DNA of 15,094 nucleotides from Oligoflexales bacterium (GTDB lineage Bacteria; Bdellovibrionota_B; Oligoflexia; Oligoflexales; CAIYRB01): NCBI GenBank assembly GCA_041736175.1, contig JBGSUI010000058.1, positions 1 to 15,094 of the forward strand, read 5' to 3'. Shown piece by piece: positions 7,749 to 15,094 of this stretch (position 1 is its first letter; each line of letters starts with the position of its first letter). The notes under the pieces were generated by a model. It saw only the letters and a program-made list of their open reading frames with translations, ran no database searches and was not told where the DNA came from. The position numbers and the translations under genes were made by a program.

Positions 7749-9239
7749 ATGACCTACGAGTCTCAAGGAATCAAGCAGCACAGCCTTCACCCCACCGGCT
7801 GGGCCTTGCCGTTGGACCAGTTAGGTCTAGGATCCCTCAGGATATGTCGGGGCGAAAATATCCTCTGCGGCGATCACATCGATCTGTACTACGATGCGTT
7901 GTCATTCAATACAAATTCCACTAAACCAGCAAACGTCGTCGCAGCTCCCGTTAAAGTCGCTTTTGCCGGCCAAAGCTGTGCCCTTTGCCGTGCGAGCGCC
8001 TCAATCCTCATGAGCTGTTTACAAGACTTTGCTGGTGCGAGGCAGAGTGCTGCATCCTTGGTGAATTACATAATCCGAACCATGGATTCCGCCCTTCCAT
8101 CGACCGTGGAAGACCGTCAAATCCCCCAGGTGCTGGCCAGCAACCTAAGCCCCCAACGGTTGCGAGATCTAGGCGAACTTCTAGGTCTCACCCAGTACCG
8201 AACACGCCTCGGATGTCTGCTGCTGCCCTGGAAAACCTACCAAAAACTCTTGGGACAACTCAATTACTCTGAGAAACTCCCCAAGCCCCTCCCCATCTCG
8301 TCCAATATCCTGCAGGGGACCTCAGGCCGTCCATTTGTCACCCGGATCGCCCCGAGTCCCACGGGACACCTCCATCTGGGGCATGTATTGCACCTGACCT
8401 ACGTCTGGGGAATCAGCAGAGTCCTGGGTGCCAAGCGCATCCTGCGGATCGAAGACCACGACCAAAGCCGGTGCCGTCCCGCCTACAAAGCCTCCATACT
8501 AGCCGATCTAGAATGGCTTGGCTTGGTCCCCCGTGACGAGACTATTATGGTCCCATACCAAAGCCAGCGGCTAAGCCGTTACCAGGTGGTGCTTGAGCAG
8601 CTTCAGGATCGAGGACTCCTTTACGCCTGTGTCTGTAGTCGAAAAACAATCGTCAATCGGATGCCACAGGGGACCCACTCGGGGTTCCCCGCAGAGGTTG
8701 AAATCTGTTACCAGGGAACCTGCCGCAGTCTCCAGCTGCCGCTTAATTCCCCCAACGCCTGCCTTCGCCTTAAATGGCCTGAGGAGGATGTCGTAAGCTT
8801 TTGTGATTTACGCCACGGAGCCATGGTGCAATTTCCTTCAAAACAGTGTGGGGACATGGTCCTGCGAGATCGCCTAGGACAGTATACCTATCAGTTTGCC
8901 GTGGTCGTCGATGATTGGGACAAAGGGGTCAATCTAATCATTCGCGGTGACGATCTTCTCGAATCCGTGGGACGCCAGCTTTTACTGCGCCGAATCCTAG
9001 GAGACCTCGCTGAGATCGTCACCTACCACCATCCGCTCCTTTACGATGCCCAGCAGCAAAAACTCAGCAAGCGTCTTAAAGCAGCGTCCCTTGAGACTCT
9101 CAAAGCCGCTGGCCTCTCTGCCGAAGATGTTTTTGGCCAAGCCCTTTTTGCCAGTGGCTCCCTCGATCACCCCAGGCCCATCACCTTGGCCAATATCGAA
9201 CAACTCTTTCGCAATAAAGGACCCGGCTATGGGCCATAA
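7749..9239 (+). CDS. gluQ: fusion protein: N-terminal SufU/IscU (NifU_N)-like domain plus glutamyl-queuosine tRNA(Asp) synthetase
   Basis: N-terminal part: GENILCGD, FAGQSCALCRASAS, RLGCLLLPW. C-terminal part from about aa 198: TRIAPSPTGHLHLGH, LRIEDHD, YACVCSRK...YQGTC, YQFAVVVDD, IIRGDDLL, KLSKR. It lacks a GluRS anticodon-binding domain, as GluQ does. Confidence 0.88.
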   Translation: MTYESQGIKQHSLHPTGWALPLDQLGLGSLRICRGENILCGDHIDLYYDALSFNTNSTKPANVVAAPVKVAFAGQSCALCRASASILMSCLQDFAGARQSAASLVNYIIRTMDSALPSTVEDRQIPQVLASNLSPQRLRDLGELLGLTQYRTRLGCLLLPWKTYQKLLGQLNYSEKLPKPLPISSNILQGTSGRPFVTRIAPSPTGHLHLGHVLHLTYVWGISRVLGAKRILRIEDHDQSRCRPAYKASILADLEWLGLVPRDETIMVPYQSQRLSRYQVVLEQLQDRGLLYACVCSRKTIVNRMPQGTHSGFPAEVEICYQGTCRSLQLPLNSPNACLRLKWPEEDVVSFCDLRHGAMVQFPSKQCGDMVLRDRLGQYTYQFAVVVDDWDKGVNLIIRGDDLLESVGRQLLLRRILGDLAEIVTYHHPLLYDAQQQKLSKRLKAASLETLKAAGLSAEDVFGQALFASGSLDHPRPITLANIEQLFRNKGPGYGP

Positions 9240-10287
9240 AAACCCCATCCCTATGTCCAGTGAGTTTCCCTGGATTGAACAACTCGTAGAGGACGTCTTA
9301 AAACCCCATCCACCGCACCTATTGATCCCGCCAGGAGATGATTGTGCTCAGCTTGTGCTCCAAGAGCCCCAGCTGCTGTTTGCAGCTGATATGCTGATGG
9401 AAGGGGTACACTTCGATCTAAAACAGACAAGCCCCGCAGCTGTCGGTGGCAAGGCTGTTAAAGTCAATTTAAGCGATATAGCAGCGATGGCAGGCTCCCC
9501 CCTCAGCGTCACGATTTGTTTAGCTCTGCCGCGCAAACCCGACGGTGCTACCCTCGGTCGGGAAGTGATGGCAGGAGCAGCAGCCGTTGCCCGTGAGTAT
9601 GGTATCTCCATCGCAGGGGGAGATACCAATGGGTGGGATGGCCCCTTGGTGATCAGCGTCGCCATCGTCGGTACCCCCCACGCCCGTGGCAGCGTGACCC
9701 GAGGGGGGGCCCAGCCGGGGGACTGGGTTTTTGTCACAGGTCCCCTCGGGGGAAGTTTGGCCAAAGGACGACACCTCCATTTTGAACCCCGGGTCACCTT
9801 GGCCCAGAGACTCCATAAAGACTACGGACTGACAAGCATGCTCGACCTCAGTGATGGCCTCGGGTCGGATCTTCGCCATATTCTCGCCCAAAGCCGGGTC
9901 GGCGCCGTCCTTGACCGGCAACAGATCCCTATCCATCCGGATGTAGCTGACTCAACTAAAAACCCCCTCGACCATGCTCTCAGTGACGGAGAAGACTTTG
10001 AACTGTGTTATACCCTTAGGGCCCAGGACGGCGCACGGCTTCTGGAGGATTTAAGGCAGCTTGCAAAATCACAAGGCCCTCTAGCTCTGGGGACAAGCCC
10101 TACGGACAGACAGGTCTGGTCAAAAATCACCAAAATTGGAGAAATCACCGCCCATCCTGGAGTCTTAGTCTGGCGCGAAGGGGACCCCATCACAGCCCTC
10201 GGCTACCAGCACCAGATCGGCGTGGAGTCAGAGCCCTCCCTCGAATGCCCCCCCCATGATGGGCAACAGGCCACTAAGCCGGTATAA
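9229..10287 (+). CDS. thiL: thiamine-monophosphate kinase
   Basis: PGDDCA, DMLMEGVHF, VNLSDIAAMAG, GGDT, DLSDGL, GEDFEL. AAAGGA lies 7 nt before ATG 9229 (alternative 9253). The 9046 start in the ORF track is an overextension. Confidence 0.95.
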   Translation: MGHKNPIPMSSEFPWIEQLVEDVLKPHPPHLLIPPGDDCAQLVLQEPQLLFAADMLMEGVHFDLKQTSPAAVGGKAVKVNLSDIAAMAGSPLSVTICLALPRKPDGATLGREVMAGAAAVAREYGISIAGGDTNGWDGPLVISVAIVGTPHARGSVTRGGAQPGDWVFVTGPLGGSLAKGRHLHFEPRVTLAQRLHKDYGLTSMLDLSDGLGSDLRHILAQSRVGAVLDRQQIPIHPDVADSTKNPLDHALSDGEDFELCYTLRAQDGARLLEDLRQLAKSQGPLALGTSPTDRQVWSKITKIGEITAHPGVLVWREGDPITALGYQHQIGVESEPSLECPPHDGQQATKPV

Positions 10288-10297
10288 TATTAATAGT

Positions 10298-10813
10298 ATG
10301 AAGTCACCTAAACACAGCCCAGCGCCCCCTCGCGAGCCAAACTCCCATCTGGTCCTGGGTTGGCGGGAGTATGTAGAGCTACCTGACCTGGGGATCGACC
10401 GCATCAAGGCAAAAATCGACAGTGGAGCACGAAGCTGCGCCCTCCATGCGATCAATATTCGCTACTACCAAAAAAACAACAGTCCCTGGGTGTCTTTTGT
10501 GATCCACCCCCGCCAAAAAGACACCAAAAGCCTCGTCGCTTGCCATGCCCCGCTGTTAGAAGTACGCTCCGTAAAGGATTCGGGAGGGAAGCGAACCTTA
10601 AGACCGGTGATTATGACGCAAGTCCGCATCGGACAGGTGCTTCTTTCCGTAGAGTTAACCCTTGTGGCGCGGGACAGTATGGGGTTTAGAATGCTCATCG
10701 GTCGCCAGGCAATCCGCGGACACTACCTTATCGATCCTGGAAAATCCTACGTCATGAGCCAAAAGAAAAAAAAGAAAAAATCCAAGAAAACCCAAGCTAG
10801 GATTTCCCCATGA
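10298..10813 (+). CDS. RimK-associated retropepsin-like protease (RimB / 'ATP-dependent zinc protease' family)
   Basis: [48 protein letters not shown] overlap with rimK. The start is uncertain; 10298 avoids overlap with thiL. Confidence 0.9.
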   Translation: MKSPKHSPAPPREPNSHLVLGWREYVELPDLGIDRIKAKIDSGARSCALHAINIRYYQKNNSPWVSFVIHPRQKDTKSLVACHAPLLEVRSVKDSGGKRTLRPVIMTQVRIGQVLLSVELTLVARDSMGFRMLIGRQAIRGHYLIDPGKSYVMSQKKKKKKSKKTQARISP

Positions 10814-11715
10814 ACATCGCAGTGTTGTCAAGAAAAGCCTCCCTCTATTCGACGGGCCGGATTGTTGATGCTGCAAAGGATCGCGGCCACCAAGTGGAGG
10901 TGATCGACTTTTTGAGATGTTACATGAATATCACCTCCCAAAAACCCCAAGTTTTTTTTAAAGGTCGATCTCTAAATACTTTTGATGCGGTGATCCCTAG
11001 GATTGGGGCCTCCCATACGTTTTACGGAACGGCAGTGGTTCGCCAGTTTGAAATGATGGGTGTGTATACCTTAAACCGGTCCCAGGCGATTTCTAGAGCT
11101 CGGGACAAACTCCGCAGCATGCAGGTGCTTGCCCGCCACGGGATCGGGCTGCCCGTCACGGGGTGCGCCCATTCGACACGGGATGTGCAGGGCCTGATCA
11201 ACACCGTCGGAGGCCCTCCCCTGGTGGTGAAACTCCTGGAAGGCACTCAGGGGATCGGCGTGGTTCTCGCCGAAAACTACAACGCTGCCGAATCGGTGAT
11301 CGAAGCCTTTCGCGGTCTCAAGGCCAATATCATCGTCCAAGAGTTTATCAAGGAAGCCCGCGGTACCGATATTCGGGCCTTTGTGATTGGCAACAAGGTC
11401 GTCGCGGCTATGGCCCGCCAAGCAAAGGAAGGGGAATTTCGTTCGAACCTCCACCGGGGAGGAGCCGCCCAAAAAGTCAAAATCACCCCCGAAGAACGGG
11501 AGACGGCCATCAAAGCCGCAAAAGCCATGGGACTTAGTGTCGCCGGGGTCGACATTCTCCGCTCCGAACATGGCCCGGTGGTGATCGAAGTCAACTCCTC
11601 ACCTGGTCTTGAGGGGATAGAGAAATCGACCACCATCGATGTGGGTGCAGCCATTATTAAATATATCGAAAAAGCCGCAGAGCGTGGCCACCGTAAAGAT
11701 AAGATCTTGGTTTAG
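10810..11715 (+). CDS. rimK: ribosomal protein S6--L-glutamate ligase (ATP-grasp)
   Basis: [57 protein letters not shown]; 301 aa. Confidence 0.97.
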   Translation: MNIAVLSRKASLYSTGRIVDAAKDRGHQVEVIDFLRCYMNITSQKPQVFFKGRSLNTFDAVIPRIGASHTFYGTAVVRQFEMMGVYTLNRSQAISRARDKLRSMQVLARHGIGLPVTGCAHSTRDVQGLINTVGGPPLVVKLLEGTQGIGVVLAENYNAAESVIEAFRGLKANIIVQEFIKEARGTDIRAFVIGNKVVAAMARQAKEGEFRSNLHRGGAAQKVKITPEERETAIKAAKAMGLSVAGVDILRSEHGPVVIEVNSSPGLEGIEKSTTIDVGAAIIKYIEKAAERGHRKDKILV

Positions 11716-11730
11716 CTTCCATGGAATGAC

Positions 11731-11768
11731 TAAAGTGGACCCCATTGTCTAGACAATTTTGGATGTCC
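11731..11768. mobile_element. possible solitary IS3-family-like terminal repeat containing a 14-bp perfect palindrome
   Basis: TAAAGTGGACCCCATTGTCTAGACA resembles IS3/IS150-type ends (recalled resemblance only). Palindrome ATTGTCTAGACAAT at 11744-11757. It borders the AT-rich islet; no transposase or partner end is seen. Confidence 0.3.
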
Positions 11769-11803
11769 TATTGGCCAGAGTTAAAAAACCCAGACGCCCC
11801 AAG

Positions 11804-12346
11804 TCATCGCCAAGACTGAATGTCGTCGAGGGGTGACTTTTGGCCGATGGTGTGGTCGAAGCCACCCGTTTCAACGCCACCCTTTCGGAAAATACAGTTC
11901 ATTTCAAATGACTCCTCAATTAATTTGCCGTTAATCTGTTTAATTTCGAAGGCTTTTGCACTTTTTATAAGGCTGCTTCCTTCCATTTCATAGTTGATGT
12001 AGCCAATTTGGGAACTTACTTCTTTGGATTTTTGCTTCAATGAATCATACAAAATTGACAATCTTGAACCATCGTTTTCCCACTGGGTTGTTGCGGAACT
12101 TGTACCTAAGGATTCGTTCTCATAGAAGGTGTTTGTCCTAATTGATCCATGTTGATAGCTCAATCCATTGATTTTGAGGATCATACACTCAGATTGAAAT
12201 ATGAATTCATTGATTTTAAAGGAACGTTGACCAGTAGTACATGTCCCATCCCATTTACCATGGAGTGAAAGGCACTTTTCTTCTGCAAATAAACTTTGGG
12301 TGAATAAATGAGATGAAAATCCTAAAAAAAATATTATCGACTTCAT
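11804..12346 (-). CDS. hypothetical secreted beta-rich protein (180 aa)
   Basis: Signal peptide MKSIIFFLGFSSHLFTQSLFA. CLSLHGKWDGTC has a lipocalin-like GxW start. Four Cys. ATGA overlap with the upstream gene. Confidence 0.75.
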   Translation of the reverse strand: MKSIIFFLGFSSHLFTQSLFAEEKCLSLHGKWDGTCTTGQRSFKINEFIFQSECMILKINGLSYQHGSIRTNTFYENESLGTSSATTQWENDGSRLSILYDSLKQKSKEVSSQIGYINYEMEGSSLIKSAKAFEIKQINGKLIEESFEMNCIFRKGGVETGGFDHTIGQKSPLDDIQSWR

Positions 12347-13220
12347 ATGGGGTAAACACCTTTAATTTTTTCGAGTGAGCCATCGTAAATCGCAATATAC
12401 CCAACCCAGTTTAATAAATCACTGGAAGGTAGATGAATATCATCATCGAGTCCGTCGTAAAAATAGCAAACTTGTCCATCAATAATATGGCGACAGTACT
12501 TAAATGTAGAACATAAATAGTCCCGCACACGGCTAAAATGATTTTCACAGTAGGAAACATGGTCTTTAATATTTCGGATAGGTCCATCACGATTAGCTGC
12601 ATTATTCAATCGTTCTTGCAAAATTGCTAATTGAAGGTGGCTGCAAAGCTGCCACACGTGAAATCCCTCGAGACCGAGAGATTCTAGGAAGAACATACTT
12701 TCCCCGGAAAGCACTTCAGCATCGTTAAGCGTTCGACCTTCACGCTCATTTAGATATCGCGATACTAGTACTTTAGCTGTCTGATATTTTGCAAATGCAC
12801 TATTGATCGCTTGCCTTTTAATTTCGTTGACAATTGTATTTCTTAGATTTTCTAAATTGAGTTCTAAAACATCGCTGCCTTCATTGGCGACTCGATTCCA
12901 AATTGAAGCTCCTATTCCACTTAATATGCCTTGGACAACTGAAATCGCAGCTTGTTCCCATCCGAACATTAGGTTTTTTACTGAGATTGCCGGAACAAGC
13001 ACAGATTCTAAACGTTCAACAACAGGACTCTTGCCTCCTTGGGGTAAAAATTGATAAAGCTTCGAATCGCCATCCACTCGATTGCCTACGATCATTCCCA
13101 ACGAATTATCTTGTTTTGAAAAAACAAATTGTCCGACAGCCAGAAAAGACATATGATTTTTTCCTATTGAAATAAATTAATCGTTTATTAATAATAGTTA
13201 GTTCTAAATATCAAATTCAT
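11890..13220. other. AT-rich, probably horizontally acquired islet
   Basis: Abrupt compositional drop versus the flanking housekeeping genes (12301-12360 has 17/60 G+C). Contains two orphan genes. Boundaries are approximate. Confidence 0.7.
12343..13152 (-). CDS. hypothetical protein (269 aa): SH3-like N-terminus plus a helical region resembling Cry delta-endotoxin domain I
   Basis: 810-bp ORF in AT-rich DNA, AGGA upstream of the ATG. FHVWQLCSHLQLAILQE resembles the Cry helix-5 block. Confidence is high for the CDS and low for the function. Confidence 0.7.
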   Translation of the reverse strand: MSFLAVGQFVFSKQDNSLGMIVGNRVDGDSKLYQFLPQGGKSPVVERLESVLVPAISVKNLMFGWEQAAISVVQGILSGIGASIWNRVANEGSDVLELNLENLRNTIVNEIKRQAINSAFAKYQTAKVLVSRYLNEREGRTLNDAEVLSGESMFFLESLGLEGFHVWQLCSHLQLAILQERLNNAANRDGPIRNIKDHVSYCENHFSRVRDYLCSTFKYCRHIIDGQVCYFYDGLDDDIHLPSSDLLNWVGYIAIYDGSLEKIKGVYPI

Positions 13221-13578
13221 GACTTTGACGGTAAATCTACCTGTCATCCTATCAAGGCTTTTAAGCACCTCAATGCCAGCGGGTGTAACTCAAGGATTCA
13301 TGGTGAATATTCTACCATAGGATGTCATTGGTTGAAAACCAGTAGTAATCGCAGGTCAGCAGATTTCCTCTGATTGTTACTGGCTATTTACCCCCAGTGG
13401 CTAAATAAGCCACAAGGCAAGGACTCCCCTAGTCTTCTCCGTCGGATAACAGCAGCTCTCCATCCAGATTCGAGGATGTTTCTGATATTTGCGATTCTGA
13501 AGGACTTTTAGTAATTATTAGCCGACGAGGAAAACATATTGCTGAAAACCTGAGGAAACTAGCACAAGAGATCCTTTT

Positions 13579-13939
13579 GTGAAAAAAAGTCCAAAAAGGT
13601 TTCAATTTATTATTTTTGACTGTGCTTTTGCCACAGTGAGTTGGGCTTACGGAACCTACATTCACATTTCATTGGGATCCTAAAGGAGCTGGGTTAGGGC
13701 ATGACGATCTAAAATGGGCTAGAAACGAACGGTATTTAATATTTCGAAAGCCAATCACTATGGATAGTGATTGGGCGACGTGTCAGGTCTATGCAGCGGA
13801 CACCACAAATGGCGAGGTCATTTATATGGGTGACTCAGAATTTTATGACTGCGCCATGAAATTGGTAGCGAACCCCTGCCATGGGTCGTTTGCCATGGGT
13901 GATAAGATCCGATACGACAAAATCGGTACAAATCTATGA
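13579..13939 (+). pseudogene. probable degraded gene for a small secreted protein
   Basis: A stop-free frame of 99 codons (13640-13936) reads VGLTEPTFTFHWDPKG...WATCQVYAADTTNGEVIYMGDSEFYDC... It is preceded in frame by TGA (13637) and signal-like KKVQKGFNLLFLTVLLPQ. GTG 13579 is offset by one extra A in an A7 run. Confidence 0.4.
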
Positions 13940-13955
13940 CAATCAGATGACAATC
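13936..13955. promoter_or_regulatory. 11-bp-period direct repeat, candidate OmpR/PhoB-family regulator site
   Basis: ATGACAATC-AG-ATGACAATC, about 70 nt upstream of the desaturase ATG. Confidence 0.45.
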
Positions 13956-14023
13956 CTTCGAAGCGTGCTGTGATAGCTCTAAAAGAGAGATACACGACTC
14001 TTGCAACGCTTCCGGAGGGTGTT

Positions 14024-14899
14024 ATGGGAAATTTTAAATTAGAACCTGTCGACCAAATTCGGCGGGACCCCTTTATCATCGGGTGGATGATTTCGATCCA
14101 TCTCCTTGCCATGTTAGCTCCCTTGACCTATTCGCCTGGGGCTGTGGGGATTTGTTTGCTGCTCTATTTTGTGACGGGCTGCCTTGGGATCACCCTTGGA
14201 TTTCATCGACTCCTCACCCACCGGAGTTTAAAGGCGTCTCCTTGGCTTGAGGGTTTTTTGGCTACCTGCGGTGTATTGGCCTTGCAGGGAAGCCCGTTGG
14301 AGTGGGTCGCCCATCACCGGATGCACCATGCGGGTTCTGATACCCCTCAGGATCCCCATGATGCAAGCCGAGGTTTTTGGTATAGCCATATGGGCTGGCT
14401 GTTTCATAAAAATCCAAATGTTGATGATGTGGGAAAGCTGCGAAAATTTGGCCGCGATATCTCGGCTGATCCCTACCTGACTTTTCTCTCTAGGCCAGCC
14501 GTTATGATCGGCCTTCAGGTGGCTTTGGGGATCTTACTACTGAGCCTTGGGGGGATCGGCTGGGTGATCTGGGGGATTTTTTTGCGGCTGGTCATCGTCT
14601 ACCATGTCACCTGGTTTGTGAACAGCGCCGCCCATATGTGGGGATATCAAACCTATGAGACCGAAAGTTTGGCAACCAACAACTGGTGGGTAGGGCTCTT
14701 GGCTTTTGGTGAAGGCTGGCATAACAACCATCACGCCCAGCCTGACGCCATCCATGTCCATCGCCAATGGTGGGAGTTTGACCTAACCTGGCAGGTTGTA
14801 AGGCTGCTAAGAAGCATGGGCCTGGTCAGTCAGCTTAAACTGCCTCTGTCAAAGGCTCTAGCGAGCACTCGTGATCTGGAGACCATTAGCTCAATTTAG
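14024..14899 (+). CDS. delta-9 acyl-CoA/acyl-lipid fatty acid desaturase (DesC/OLE1-like)
   Basis: His boxes HRLLTH, HRMHH and HNNHH; also DPH, GFWYSHMGW, VNSAAH, FGEGWHNNHH, WWEFD and TM segments. GGAGG lies 5 nt before ATG 14024. Confidence 0.95.
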   Translation: MGNFKLEPVDQIRRDPFIIGWMISIHLLAMLAPLTYSPGAVGICLLLYFVTGCLGITLGFHRLLTHRSLKASPWLEGFLATCGVLALQGSPLEWVAHHRMHHAGSDTPQDPHDASRGFWYSHMGWLFHKNPNVDDVGKLRKFGRDISADPYLTFLSRPAVMIGLQVALGILLLSLGGIGWVIWGIFLRLVIVYHVTWFVNSAAHMWGYQTYETESLATNNWWVGLLAFGEGWHNNHHAQPDAIHVHRQWWEFDLTWQVVRLLRSMGLVSQLKLPLSKALASTRDLETISSI

Positions 14900-14937
14900 G
14901 TCTGCTTAAATACGATGAGGAGTCGTAGCAGCCTCTG

Positions 14938-15094
14938 TTAGCGCGGGTGCCCTAGGGACACGAGCTGTACCTCGAGACATTCGCCCTTCGGCTGCCTAAA
15001 ACAAATCTCAGCATTGTCCCCCAACACCGAGACTCCTTTGTTCATCTCCAATAGGGCACTGCGGCGTAAAAATGACCCAGGAGGCAAGTGCATT
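14938..15094 (-). CDS. possible 3' end of an unidentified gene entering from the right edge
   Basis: One minus frame is open from the edge to TAA at 14938 (...EICFRQPKGECLEVQLVSLGHPR*), convergent on the desaturase. No motif is recognised and the frame is uncertain. Confidence 0.35.
   Translation of the reverse strand, partial: MHLPPGSFLRRSALLEMNKGVSVLGDNAEICFRQPKGECLEVQLVSLGHPR

Noticed and set aside
9046..9228. N-terminal extension of thiL in the ORF track
   Set aside because: Overlaps the GluQ C-terminus by about 190 nt; an RBS and ThiL similarity begin at 9229-9253.
11744..11757. GntR/HutC-type operator TTGTCTAGACAA
   Set aside because: Lies between convergent gene ends, where an operator is unlikely.
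11804..13220. Integron cassette interpretation of the islet
   Set aside because: No attC-like RYYYAAC...GTTRRRY elements flanking the genes and no integrase.
13226..13290. Faint resemblance to a c-di-GMP-I riboswitch
   Set aside because: No GAAA-capped P2 or ACGCAAA element.
13433..13969. Plus frame interrupted only by TGA (13580, 13637, 13937) and in frame with the desaturase, suggesting recoding or selenocysteine
   Set aside because: TGA is a true stop in several genes here, including ATGA overlaps. No SECIS or Sec-motif context is seen, and the desaturase has its own RBS.
13429..14112. Minus-strand ORFs 13429-13665, 13818-14006 and 13843-14112, and other short antisense or alternate-frame ORFs inside the main genes
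   Set aside because: No motifs or convincing RBS, and most overlap better-supported features.

Overview
Bacterial chromosomal window, about half GC by eye. The gene style suggests Bdellovibrionota/Oligoflexia, but that is inference. Left edge: promoter and leader of an rRNA operon on the minus strand (sigma70 promoter, A-tracts, boxA), with the rRNA gene itself outside the window. Next come a small secreted Ala/Pro-repeat protein (+) and a minus-strand run of NlpC/P60 peptidase, murI, family-16 SAM methyltransferase and a 1241-aa Cys-rich lipoprotein. A divergent plus-strand operon follows: a SufU/IscU-like domain fused to GluQ, then thiL, a RimB-like protease and rimK. An AT-rich islet then carries two coupled orphan genes, one resembling a Cry delta-endotoxin domain I. 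After it lie a hairpin-rich spacer, a decayed ORF and a delta-9 fatty-acid desaturase. Best novelty candidates: the SufU-GluQ fusion, the Cry-domain-I-like gene pair, and the NlpC/P60 with twin CxxCxxC motifs beside its catalytic Cys. All family calls are motif recognition by eye; no searches were run.
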